From contig CAWCIV010000001.1 in NCBI GenBank assembly GCA_963795805.1, positions 581,859 through 645,858 of the forward strand: DNA of 64,000 nucleotides, written 5' to 3'. The first letter of the stretch is position 1. Each line of letters begins with the position of its first letter. The notes under the pieces were generated by a model. That model was not told the origin of the DNA, searched no databases, and saw only the letters and a list, made by a program, of their open reading frames with translations. Of this stretch, positions 1-10,982 are shown in pieces. Both the position numbers and the translations under genes were made by a program. This DNA is from an uncultured Chloroflexia bacterium. Lineage in GTDB: Bacteria > Chloroflexota > Dormibacteria > CF-121.

Positions 1-1304
1 GGTGCGGGGCCTTCGACCACGAGGCCGGAACGTACTGGGTGAAGCAGCTCATGATCTGTTTGCCCGCGGGAGCGAGCGTGTCGTCGACCATGGTCGGGAG
101 CACGCCATCGGAGTAGGGGTGCGCTGAGGGCCGGCCGTACTTGGCGTCGTCGAAGGCCTGCTCGAGGTACTCCATCGAGTCGCAGAGCTGGATGAAGGAG
201 CGGGCGGCGGTCGCGGAGTCGGCCTCAGAGAGTCCCGTGAAGCGGGGCGGCTCCGCCAGCGCCAGGTTCACCTTGACCGTGCCCGACCGGGTCTTGTAGC
301 GATCGATTGCCCTGATGAAGTCGGCCGGCAGCTCGGTCGACGCCACCAGGTCGCAGAAGGTGGTCTTCGGATGGGCGTTCGAAATGACCACGCGCGCGTG
401 GACCTCGGTGCCATCGGCGAGCGACGACGCCGGTTGCCCTGCCACCCCCGACGAGGATGCGGGCCACGGTCGCCGCCGGTCCTGATCTCGGCACCGTGCT
501 CGCGGGCGTCCGACGCGATCGCCTCGGAAACGGCGCCGGTGCCGCCCTTGACGAAGGCCCACTCGGCCATCTGCCCTTCGATCTCGCCGATGTAGTGATG
601 CAGCAGTACATAGGCAGTGCCAGGCGTGTACGGGCCTCCATAGGTTCCGATCGCGCCCGAGACGCAGCGGGCCGCCTTGACCTGGGGCGACTCGAACCAT
701 TCTTCGAGCAACTCCGCGACGGAGAGGGTCATCACCTTGACGAAGTCGGCGGTTCCCTGGACGTCGAGGCCCTTCAACTTCCAGGCAAACTTCGCCAGCT
801 CGAGCAGGTCGGCCGGCGACTTCGCGCCCACCGCGGGCGGGGTCATGAGCAGGAGCGGCCGGACGAGCCTGGCGATCTTCGCCAGGTAGGCGCTGAAGGC
901 GCGGCCAGACGTCGGCATCTTTTTTGGAGAATTTTGCGATCTCCTCGTAGGCCTGCTTCGGGTCCTTGGTCAGAAGGAGGTGGGACCCGTCGGGGAAGGG
1001 GACGTAGTAGTCGGCCGCTAGCGGATACAGGCGTCAGGCCATGGCGGTGAAGCTCGAGCTCTCGGATCACCTCCGGCGGCATCAGCGAGAGGACGTAGGA
1101 GAGCGTCGAGACGGTGTAGCCAGGCCAGGGGTGCTCGCTCACCGCCGCCCCGCCGAGCACGTCGCGCCGCTCGAGGACGAGCGTCGTGAGACCCGCCCGG
1201 CCGAGGTATGCCGCCGTCGCGAGGCCGTTGTGCCCGCCTCCGATGATGATCGCGTCGTATTCGGCCGGCACACGGGGGAGTATATCCGCGGACAAACTGG
1301 ACAT
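1..1304 (-). pseudogene. FAD-dependent oxidoreductase (CrtI/phytoene-desaturase-like NAD(P)/FAD oxidoreductase family); N-terminus at 1304, 3' end runs off window; frame broken at least 3-4 times
   Basis: ORF 843-1304 begins with dinucleotide-binding fold DAIIIGGGHNGLATAAYLGRAGL; the continuation appears in two other minus-strand frames (ORF 268-918 SAYLAKIARLVRPLLLMTPP...GGTGAVSEAIA; ORF 225-641 VARILVGGGRATGVV); one shift lies in a T6 run at 920-925. Confidence 0.6.
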
Positions 1305-1311
1305 TTAGTCC

Positions 1312-2921
1312 TTGACAAGTGTTCTGGCGAAGTATGAAATTCGCTCAGGCCCGGCCGAGGGCCAAACACGCAAGGAGGGAACATTGGCTGTAGATGCGGC
1401 GTCTGAGGACGTCTTAGTCGAAAAACGGAAACTCAAGAAGTCGCTCTTCCGCTTCGACATGATCTTCTTCACGGTCTGCGCGATCCTCGCGATCGACACC
1501 ATCGGGCAGACGTCGTCATATGGGGCCCAGGCGATCTTTTGGTTGGTGGTCTCGGCGGCGACGTTCCTCATCCCGTATGGGTTGCTGACCATGAGCTGGG
1601 GACCACGTTCCCGGTGGAGGGCGGTCCGTACGAGTGGGTTCGGCTCGCCTTCGGCCACATGGCTGGCGCCATCACCGCCGTGCTCTACTGGCTCAGCAAC
1701 CCGATCTGGCTGGGCGGCACCCTGGCTGCGACCGCGATCGCTGCGTTGGACGCGCTCTGGGGCACCAAGATCGGCGGCAATACCGGGCTCTCGATCCTCG
1801 TCGGCCTCGCCTTCATTTGGGTCGCCGTGATGATGAACATCCTGTCCCTGCGCTCGATGAAGTGGGTGCCGAACCTCGGCGCCCTCGTCAAGATCGGCCT
1901 CTTTGCTCTCTTCGCCGTGCTCGTCCTGGTCTCCGGCGGCCAGCATGGCTTCAAAGGCAGTCTTGGCGGCATGTTCGACGGGCTCGGTCCGGCGTTCATC
2001 GGCGTCATCGGCGTCCTGGTCTTTCAATGGGTTGGCTTCGAGGTCCAGAGCAACGCCAGCGAAGAGATCGACAACCCACAGCGCGACATCCCCCGGGCGG
2101 TTGCCCTCTCGGCGGACCTGATCAGCGCGCTCGGATACGCGGTGCCGATCATCGGCGTCATCCTGGTCCTCAGCAGCAAGGACATCTCGAATGTGAGCGG
2201 CTTCGTTGCCGGCTACCAGGCCGTAGTCAGCAATGCGCTCGGCACCACCGGCGCCAACCTATTGAACGGGATCGTCGGGGCCGCGGTCGTGTTTGCGCTC
2301 CTTTCAAGCGGGACGGTCTGGCTGATGGGTTCTGACCGCTTGATGGCGATCGGCGCGCTGCAGGGCTCGGGCCCTCGCCGCCTTGGCTATTTTTCCAAGC
2401 GGTTCGGGACGCCGGTCCCGGTGAATGTCCTGTCGGGTATCCTGGCGAGCCTCTTTTTGATCGCAAACTTCCTGATCACCGGCGGCAGCCTGAAGAACTT
2501 CTTCACGATCGTGCTCGGCCTCGTGATCTCGACAACCACCTTCTCGTACGTGCTCGTCTTCCCGGCGATTGTTGTCCTGCGCAGAAAGTACCCGAACGCG
2601 CGGCGGCCATATCGCATCGGCGGCGGCGTCGTTGGCGTGTGGGGCGCAATGCTGCTTTGCGAGGCGTATGTTGTGGCGGCCACGATCTTCTCGCTCTGGC
2701 CGAACCTATTCTCAGACAAGGTGACGGGCGCAGTCTCGGTCGGCGGTGTGAGTATCGGCCGCGGCACGTATGAGGTCACCGTTTTCGTAGCGACGGGCGT
2801 GATGCTGGCAATCGCAGTCGCCTTTTATGTCATCGGGCGCAAGCACGCGGTTCACGACCGCTGGCCGGATGAGGTCACGACGGCCCCCAGGCCCGAACTG
2901 GTAGGGGCGCGCAGAGTTTAG
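1312..2921 (+). pseudogene. APC-family amino-acid permease; N-terminal ~95 codons (ORF 1312-1830) out of frame with body (ORF 1539-2921); single-base frameshift near 1597-1601
   Basis: N-terminal fragment LFRFDMIFFTVCAILAIDTIGQTSSYGAQAIFWLVVSAATFLIPYGLLT joins ...ELGTTFPVEGGPYEWVRLAFGHMAGAI only after a +/-1 shift at a GGGG run; multi-TM permease body otherwise intact. Confidence 0.5.
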
Positions 2922-2931
2922 ACTGCGTCGC

Positions 2932-4044
<1,113 letters not shown>

Positions 4045-5766
4045 ACGATCTGGCCGCCGACGATGGTGGCAAGGACCGACGCGCTCATGATTCGATCCGG
4101 ATTGGCGAGGATGTCCTGGTCGAGGATCGCGAGGTCGGCCAGCATGCCCGGCTCGAGTGTCCCGACCTGCCGCTCCTGCCAGGCGGCATAGGCCGCCCCC
4201 GACGTGTAGCCGGCGAGCGCCTGGGCGACCGATAGGCGCTGCTCGGGTAACCAGCCACCGGTAGGGCGGCCATCCGCGGTCGTCCGGTGGACCGCCGAGT
4301 TGAGCCCGAGCCGCGGATCGAAGGAGACAACCGGCCAGTCGGAGCCGAACGCCAGCCGTCCACCCGCATCCAGGATGGATCGCCACACCCAGCCGCGCGA
4401 GGCCCGGTCTCGCCCGATCTTCGAGGTGAACAGATCGAGCTGGGCCGGTTCCGGGTCGCCGTGATAGGGCTGCATGCTGGCGATCACGCCCAGCCCGGAA
4501 AATCTCGGAATGTCGCTTGGATCGATGGTCTCGATGTGCTCGATGCGATGCCGCCGCTCGCGCTGGCGGATTCCGGGCCAGCGCGGATTCGTAGGCGTCG
4601 AGGGCAAGGCGCACGCCCGCGTCGCCGATGCCATGAATCTGGACCTGCCAGCCACGGGCATCGGCGATCCGGACGGCCTCGGCGAGCTCGCCCGGCTCCC
4701 ACACCGGCCGGCCACGAGCACCCGGCTGGCTCGCGTCGCAGGCCCTCATAGGGCTCGAGCATCATGGCCGTCTCGGACTCGATGACGCCATCGGCGAAAG
4801 CCTTCACGATGCCGCCGGAGACCCACGGGTCGGCGCGACGAGGGAAGGCGACCTCCTCGTAGAGAGCCAGCCGGCGTTCCCAATCCGCCATGCCCAGCCC
4901 GGGCTCCATCCGCTGGGCGAGCCGGATCCGGATCCGGGGCCGGCCGGAGTCGGCAAGGGCCTGATAGATCTCGAACTGCTCGAGGCCAGCGCCGGCCTCC
5001 TGGACGCTGGTCAGGCCGTGCTGGTGAGCGAGCCCGATCGCCTGGGCCAGGCTATGCAGGTCCTGCGCGATGGTCCGGGCGGGTAAGGCGAGGTCGACCA
5101 GGTCCATGGCCGCCTCTTTGAGAATGCCCGTGGCGTGTCCGGCGGCATCACGCTGGATCTCACCCCTAGGTGGGTTCGCCGTCGCGTCGTCGATCCCTAG
5201 TCGCGCCAGGGCAGCCCCGTTGACCCAGGTGGTGTGGCTGTCGTAGGCCTCCAGCGCGACCGGGCGGCCGGGCACGATTCGATCCAGCAAGGCGCGATCG
5301 GGCATCCCGCCCTCGAAAACGGCGTAAAACCAGCCGCGCCCGAGCAGCCAGTCGCGACCGGGGTGTCGTGCCGCGAAGTCATCGATCCGTGCCAGGACGG
5401 CCCCAATGGTCGTCTCGGCCGAGAGTTCGAGGTTTTCGAGGTTGCGCGCCCCGTTCAGGAAGTGGACGTGGGCGTCGTTGAAGCCGGGCATGATCAGGCC
5501 GCCGGCCGCATCGACGACCCTCGTATTCGGACTGATGAGGCCGCTCAGCTGCTCGTCAGAGCCGGAAGCGAGAATGCGGCCACTTTGGATCGCAACGGCC
5601 GTAGCGGGGCCGGCAGCGGGCCAGACGCGGCCATGGTGCACCACGATCGAGGCGGAGGGTTCGATGCACAGGATCGTAGCGGCCGGTGCCCACCGTTTAG
5701 GTCATTGACGAGGTCCGGGCCGCCTGCTACGTTTGGCGGAGTTTAAGGGAGAGGAGGGAACCCCCC

Positions 5767-7323
5767 ATGTCGTCACACGGTCTCAAGCCGCCTCCGACCA
5801 GGATCGAGGCGTCCAGTTCCCAGGAAGCGGCCGATGCGCGCGACCTGGCCGGGTTTGGCTACAAACAGGAACTCAAGCGCATCCTCGGCGTCTACTCCAG
5901 CTTCGCCGTGGCGTTCTCCTATATCTCGCCGAGCACTGGCATCTTCACGCTCTTTGCGCCGATCGGCCTGGCGATCGCCGGGCCCTTCTTCTTCTGGAGC
6001 TGGCCGCTGGTCGCGCTCGGTCAGTTCATCATCGCGCTGAACTTCGCCGAGGTCAGCTCACATTTTCCCGTTGCAGGGTCGGTTTACCAGTGGACGAAGT
6101 ACCTTTCCAACCGCGCCTACTCCTGGATGACGGGTTGGATCTACCTGTTTGCCGGCATCATCACGGTCACCGGGGTGGTCGCGACGATTCCGGGGCTGGT
6201 GCTCATTCCGTTGCTCAACAACCTTGGCATGGGCATCACGAACAATGCGCAGACGCAGGTGGCGATCGCGCTGGTGATTCTCGCCAGCACCACCTTACTG
6301 AACGTCTTCGGGGTTCGCCTGGTCGCCCTGATCAACAACACCGGGGTCGTGTTCGAAATCCTGGGGATGGTGGTCTTTGCGCTTGTCCTCCTGATCTTCT
6401 ACCATCACCAGCCGGCCACGGTCATCTTCGACAGCAGCTACCTGGGCTCCAGTAATCAGGTCGGCGTCTTCCTTGCCGCCATGTTCATGTCCCTGTTCGT
6501 GATCTACGGCTTCGATACCGCCAGCACGCTTGCGGAGGAGACGAGGAATCCGCGAGTGGAAGCCCCCAAAGCGGTCCTTGCCTCCGTGGTCGGGGCCTTC
6601 ATCATCGGCACCGTCTTCCTCCTCGCCTTGATCATTGCCATACCGAACATGCAGAAATTCGTCGCGGGTGCAGGGGCAACCCCTCCAACGATCACGTCGC
6701 CCGCCGACGTTCTCAACGCCGTTCTTCCCGGGTGGATGGCCAACCTCTACCTCGTTGTCGTCCTCGCCGCAATCTACGTCTGCTGCCTGGCGATCCAGAC
6801 TTCAACCATCCGGCTGGCGTTTGGCATGGCGCGCGATGGCAAGCTCCCGCTCGCGCGGTTCTACAACAAGGTCAGTCCGACGCTGCACACCCCCGTCATC
6901 ACCTGCCTGGTCGTGGGCGTCCTTGCCGCGCTCCCGTTCATTTACTATGCCGGCGCCGGGCTGATCGCCATCGTCGCCACCGGCATGATCTACCTGGCCT
7001 ACATGCTGGGCAACATCGCCATCCTGCTCGCCCGGCTGCGGGGTTGGCCGACCGAGGGCGCGCCGTTCAAACTTGGCGGCTGGGGCACGATCATCAACGT
7101 CCTCGGCCTTGCCTGGGGCGCCTCGATGCTCGTCAACTTCCTCTGGCCCCGTCCCGCGAGTAATCCGAGCGTCAATGCGATCCTGGCCCCTGGCGGCGCC
7201 AGCCTGGGAGGGTTCGGTGACGCCGTGCCGATCTTTGAACTCGTGGTGGCACTGATCGTCGTCGTCGGCGCGATCTACTACCTCGTGGCGCAGCGCGAGC
7301 AGACCCGGACGGTATCTCGGTGA
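5767..7323 (+). CDS. APC-family amino-acid permease
   Basis: 518 aa, about 12 predicted TM segments; typical amino-acid permease N-terminal region; RBS GGAGAGGAGGG upstream of the ATG. Confidence 0.8.
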   Translation: MSSHGLKPPPTRIEASSSQEAADARDLAGFGYKQELKRILGVYSSFAVAFSYISPSTGIFTLFAPIGLAIAGPFFFWSWPLVALGQFIIALNFAEVSSHFPVAGSVYQWTKYLSNRAYSWMTGWIYLFAGIITVTGVVATIPGLVLIPLLNNLGMGITNNAQTQVAIALVILASTTLLNVFGVRLVALINNTGVVFEILGMVVFALVLLIFYHHQPATVIFDSSYLGSSNQVGVFLAAMFMSLFVIYGFDTASTLAEETRNPRVEAPKAVLASVVGAFIIGTVFLLALIIAIPNMQKFVAGAGATPPTITSPADVLNAVLPGWMANLYLVVVLAAIYVCCLAIQTSTIRLAFGMARDGKLPLARFYNKVSPTLHTPVITCLVVGVLAALPFIYYAGAGLIAIVATGMIYLAYMLGNIAILLARLRGWPTEGAPFKLGGWGTIINVLGLAWGASMLVNFLWPRPASNPSVNAILAPGGASLGGFGDAVPIFELVVALIVVVGAIYYLVAQREQTRTVSR

Positions 7324-7353
7324 TCGAGGACAGGCGGCGGGGAAACCTGCCGC

Positions 7354-7366
7354 TTGTACCTATAAT
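7354..7366 (+). promoter_or_regulatory. candidate -10 box (TATAAT at 7361-7366, preceded by TTGTAC), predicting a near-leaderless transcript for the operon starting at 7376
   Basis: perfect TATAAT 10 nt upstream of the ATG in a 68% GC background; no good -35 at 17 bp. Confidence 0.3.
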
Positions 7367-7375
7367 GCGGAGACC

Positions 7376-7651
7376 ATGGCCGTCAAGATCCGGGTCCCGG
7401 GTGCGCTCCGCCAGTTGACGCGTGGCGCTGCGATCGTCGAGGTCAGCGCACAGGACGTCGGCCAGGCGCTCGATGCGCTGAACGAGCAGTTCCCGGGATT
7501 CCGCGAGCGCCTTTATGACGATAAGGGACAGCTGCGGCAGTTCATCAACATCTATCGCAACGACGAGGACATCCGCTTCGGATCGGGACTCAAGACGCCA
7601 CTGAGCGAGACTGACGATCTTTCGATTGTTCCGGCCGTCGCCGGCGGCTGA
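7376..7651 (+). CDS. CysO/MoaD-type ubiquitin-like sulfur-carrier protein (ThiS/MoaD family, C-terminal AVAGG)
   Basis: 91 aa ending ...DDLSIVPAVAGG; FINIYRNDEDIRF core closely resembles the mycobacterial CysO sequence FVNIYVNDEDVRF...ILPAVAGG. Confidence 0.8.
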   Translation: MAVKIRVPGALRQLTRGAAIVEVSAQDVGQALDALNEQFPGFRERLYDDKGQLRQFINIYRNDEDIRFGSGLKTPLSETDDLSIVPAVAGG

Positions 7652-7657
7652 GCCCAG

Positions 7658-7888
7658 ATGGCGCGGACGAGCGTGCGCCTGACGTTCCGCCGTGACACCC
7701 TCAATATCCCCGTGATCTATCAGATCGGCAAGGATTACAAGGTGGTCACAAACATCCGGCGCGCCGAGGTCAAGGACGAAATGGGGTGGGCCGATCTCGA
7801 TCTCGACGGGGAGCAGCCGGAGATCGAACGTGCCCTTACCTATTGCCAGAACCAGGGGGTCGAGGTGCAGCGCCTGGGGCCGGCGTGA
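7658..7888 (+). CDS. stand-alone NIL-domain protein (MetN C-terminal-like domain)
   Basis: 76 aa; pattern [65 protein letters not shown] matches the NIL domain layout; 7 nt after cysO-like stop. Confidence 0.55.
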   Translation: MARTSVRLTFRRDTLNIPVIYQIGKDYKVVTNIRRAEVKDEMGWADLDLDGEQPEIERALTYCQNQGVEVQRLGPA

Positions 7889-8973
7889 GAGTCGCCGTCG
7901 CGATGAGCGGCGGCGTCGATTCCTCGGTGGCGGCGGCGCTCATGCGGGATGAGGGCCACGAGGTCTTCGGCGTGACGCTCCAGCTCTGGCCGAAGGAGAT
8001 GGCGGCCCGCGACTTCGATAAGCACCACGGCTGCTGCTCGCTGGACGCGGTCGAGGACGCGAGGCGGGTTGCGACCCGGCTCGGAATCCCGTATTACGTC
8101 CTGAACTTCGAGGACCAGTTTCGCGCGGCCGTGATCGAACCCTTCACCACGTCGTACCTGGAGGGTCTCACGCCGAACCCCTGCATCCGCTGCAACGAGA
8201 CCATCAAGTTCGGCCTGCTTCTCCAGAAGGCCCTCGCCCTCGGCGCCGACGTCCTCGCCACCGGGCACTATGCCCGCATCGATGATGGTGAGGGCGGGCT
8301 GCTGCTGAAGAAGGCGGTCGATCAGCGCAAGGACCAGTCCTACGTGCTGTACCAGCTCGGCCAGGGTGAGCTGCGCTCGCTCCGGTTCCCGCTCGGCGAA
8401 TGGACAAAGGCGCAGGTCCGTGCCCGCGCCGCGGAGCTCGGGCTCGTGACCGCCCTGAAGCCCGAAAGCCAGGAGATCTGCTTTATCGCGGACGGCAGCT
8501 ACCGGGACTTGTTGAAGACGCGCTTCGCCGAGCGGGTGCGCCCGGGACCGGTAATCGATGAAAGCGGAGCCGTGGTCGGCGAGCACGACGGGGTCGCGAT
8601 GTACACCGTCGGGCAGCGCTCCGGCCTGCGACTGCGATCGGCCGGTCCCGCCGCAGAACCGAAGTACGTGAGCGCGATCGACCCGATCGCGAACACGGTC
8701 ACCATCGGAGGCAATGCCCGAATGTTCGCGACCGCCTGCCGGGTGAATGACGTCCGCTATGTCAGCGGCGCGGCGCCGTCGGGTCCATTTCAGGCGCAGG
8801 TCAAGGTGCGATCGCATGCCGCCGACGCTGATGCGCTCGTCTGCCCCCGGGGTGACGAGGCGACGATCGAGTTCGCGGAGCCGCAACGCGCCCTGGCGCC
8901 CGGCCAGGCGGCGGTCTTCTACGACGGCGACCGCGTGGTCGGCGGCGGCCCGATCCGCGCGACGCCCCGGTGA
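7885..8973 (+). CDS. mnmA: tRNA-specific 2-thiouridylase MnmA (PP-loop ATP pyrophosphatase)
   Basis: [15 protein letters not shown]-loop; HHGCCSLD and [12 protein letters not shown] catalytic-Cys motifs; GTG start overlaps NIL stop (GTGA). Confidence 0.85.
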   Translation: MRVAVAMSGGVDSSVAAALMRDEGHEVFGVTLQLWPKEMAARDFDKHHGCCSLDAVEDARRVATRLGIPYYVLNFEDQFRAAVIEPFTTSYLEGLTPNPCIRCNETIKFGLLLQKALALGADVLATGHYARIDDGEGGLLLKKAVDQRKDQSYVLYQLGQGELRSLRFPLGEWTKAQVRARAAELGLVTALKPESQEICFIADGSYRDLLKTRFAERVRPGPVIDESGAVVGEHDGVAMYTVGQRSGLRLRSAGPAAEPKYVSAIDPIANTVTIGGNARMFATACRVNDVRYVSGAAPSGPFQAQVKVRSHAADADALVCPRGDEATIEFAEPQRALAPGQAAVFYDGDRVVGGGPIRATPR

Positions 8974-9266
8974 CTCAGCTCGACCTGGCAGCGCAGCACC
9001 CCCTCCTGCCGGTTGCCGCGCAGATCCTTCTTGCGTACCTGGCATCGGTCGGCGGCGTCCTGGCGGCAAAACTCGCCTGGGAGGGTCGGACGGCGTACTG
9101 GCTTTCGGTTCTCGGCGTGCTGCTCTTCCTGATCGGGGCGCTCTGGGGGCGAGGCATTCTCGCCTCTGGGACGACCTTTAGCGCGGTGGGGGCGGGCATA
9201 GCGATGGTGATCATCGGGGTCGCCCTCGACCTCCTCTTCGGGCCACCCTTCAGCACGACCAAATAG
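8970..9266 (+). CDS. small membrane protein (3 predicted TM), unknown function
   Basis: 98 aa hydrophobic ORF whose start overlaps the mnmA stop (GTGA); no recognisable motif (no NuoA FD.E signature). Confidence 0.45.
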   Translation: MTQLDLAAQHPLLPVAAQILLAYLASVGGVLAAKLAWEGRTAYWLSVLGVLLFLIGALWGRGILASGTTFSAVGAGIAMVIIGVALDLLFGPPFSTTK

Positions 9267-9274
9267 CATTACCG

Positions 9275-10054
9275 GTGATGGACGCGTCCGACAAGTACAT
9301 GAGCGCGGCGATCGTCGCCCGCAAAGACTACGGACCGACCCTCTTCAGTGTTTGGATCAAGCCCCCGGAACCCTTGCCGTTCAAGGCCGGACAGTACGTC
9401 GCCTTCGGGGTCGAGCACAGCGACAAGGTGCTCGAACGGGCCTTCTCCATCGTCTCGAGCCCGCTCGAGGCGGAGCTGGAGTTCTTCATCGAGATGGTCC
9501 CTGAGGGCGCGCTCTCGCCGCAGCTACACCGGCTGGCCGTCGGCGACCACGTCTACATGCGAAAGAAGGCGAAGGGCATCTTCAACCTCGATGCAAAGTC
9601 CGGCCACCGGAAACACTTTCTGATCTCGACGGTCACCGGAATCGCCCCCTATGTCAGCATGGTGCGCACCCTTGCCCGGGACCTTAGGGAGGGTCGCCTG
9701 ACAGAGCCCCAGCGCCTGGTTATCCTGCAGGGCGCCGCGCGCTCCGACGAATTCGCCTACGATCGCGAGCTGATCGAGGCCGCGGCGGAGTTTCCCTGGG
9801 TGACCTACATCCCGACGATCAGCCGGCCCTGGGAGGATCCGGAGTGGGGCGGCGAGCGGGGAAGGGTGGACGACCTCGTGCGCAAGTACTCGGACACGCT
9901 TGGCCTCGAGCCGGCGGAGACCACCGCCTACCTGTGTGGCAACCCAGGCATGATCGTCAACGCCCGCGACATCCTGCGCCGCCGCGGCTACGACCACGCC
10001 GCGATCAAGGAAGAGACGTACTGGAAGCCGGGGGAGGGTGAGGTTGAGTACTGA
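9275..10054 (+). CDS. ferredoxin-NADP+ reductase-type flavoprotein (FAD/NAD(P)-binding two-domain oxidoreductase, no Fe-S domain)
   Basis: RAFSIVS (RxYS FAD motif), LISTVTGIAPYVSM (GTGxAP NAD(P) motif), YLCGNPGMI; 259 aa. Confidence 0.7.
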   Translation: MMDASDKYMSAAIVARKDYGPTLFSVWIKPPEPLPFKAGQYVAFGVEHSDKVLERAFSIVSSPLEAELEFFIEMVPEGALSPQLHRLAVGDHVYMRKKAKGIFNLDAKSGHRKHFLISTVTGIAPYVSMVRTLARDLREGRLTEPQRLVILQGAARSDEFAYDRELIEAAAEFPWVTYIPTISRPWEDPEWGGERGRVDDLVRKYSDTLGLEPAETTAYLCGNPGMIVNARDILRRRGYDHAAIKEETYWKPGEGEVEY

Positions 10055-10667
10055 GATAGAATCTCTCGCCGTGCCGCTGATCGGGGCGCTTCCCCAGTCG
10101 ATCACAGACCAACCTGCCGTCCTCATCATCTATGTGCTGCTTGTCGTCGCGATCGGCTCGGCGCTGGCGAGCGTCCTGCTGCGTAGCGTGCTCTACGCGA
10201 TTGCCGCCTTCGCTGTCACCATGGCCGCGGTGGCGTTTCTCTACCTGATGCTGGCGCCATTCCTCCTCTTCGCCGTCCAGCTGTTGATCTTCACGACGGT
10301 GAGTGCCGGCCTGCTGATCGGCTTGCTTCGGACCACGACCGGGCTCGACGAGGCGCCTGCCAGCCCATTTAGCGCTGAGTTGATCGCCGGCGCGGCCATT
10401 GCTGCGGCCGTCGCCGCCCTGCTCGGGGTCGTCGTCGGAGCCACCCACTGGCCGGTGCATTTCACGGACCTCACCGAAGGCTTTGGACATTCGCTTCTGA
10501 ACACCTACATCGTCGGGATCGCGGTTCTGGTAGTGATGGTCGCCTCGGCGGCTCTTGGCGCCGGCCTGCTCGTAACCCAGCGTCTCGGCCGGCGCGCCGC
10601 GGTGACCGCGCCTCCGGCGGCCCTGCAGGGGCGGCAACGGCCACGGCGACCGGAGCCCCGCCGATGA
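10038..10667 (+). CDS. nuoJ: NADH-quinone oxidoreductase subunit J-like membrane protein
   Basis: SVLYAIAAFAVTMAAVAFLYLMLAPFLLFAVQLLIFTTVSAGLLIGLL matches the NuoJ/ND6 core; start overlaps FNR-like gene end. Confidence 0.65.
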   Translation: MRLSTEIESLAVPLIGALPQSITDQPAVLIIYVLLVVAIGSALASVLLRSVLYAIAAFAVTMAAVAFLYLMLAPFLLFAVQLLIFTTVSAGLLIGLLRTTTGLDEAPASPFSAELIAGAAIAAAVAALLGVVVGATHWPVHFTDLTEGFGHSLLNTYIVGIAVLVVMVASAALGAGLLVTQRLGRRAAVTAPPAALQGRQRPRRPEPRR

Positions 10668-10981
10668 GCGCCGGCCTAAACCTGGTCCTGACCACCTCGG
10701 CCATCGTGTTCGGCATCGGCGCCCTGGCGCTGCTCGTCAAGCGGAGTGTTGTCGTCATGCTGATCGGCACGCAATTCATGCTGACCGCCGGCAGCCTCGC
10801 CTTTATCGCTTTTTCACGCTTCGGCTTCGGCGCGGTGAACCCGTCCCGAGGCCAGGTGGTCGCCCTGATCGTGTCGGGATTGGGGATCGCCGAGTTGGCG
10901 GCGGGGCTGGCGATGGCGGCGATCATCTACCGCGAGCAGCGGACCTTCCTGGTCGACGAGTACGAGTCGGTAGCGAGCTGA
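10664..10981 (+). CDS. nuoK: NADH-quinone oxidoreductase subunit K-like (NuoK/ND4L)
   Basis: 105 aa, 3 TM; MLIGTQFMLTAGSLAFIAFS and C-terminal AAGLAMAAIIYRE typical of NuoK; ATGA overlap with nuoJ. Confidence 0.7.
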   Translation: MSAGLNLVLTTSAIVFGIGALALLVKRSVVVMLIGTQFMLTAGSLAFIAFSRFGFGAVNPSRGQVVALIVSGLGIAELAAGLAMAAIIYREQRTFLVDEYESVAS

Positions 10982-10982
10982 C

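Noticed and set aside
8970-9266. Small 3-TM protein as NuoA
   Set aside because: Lacks the NuoA PYECG/FD.E signature.
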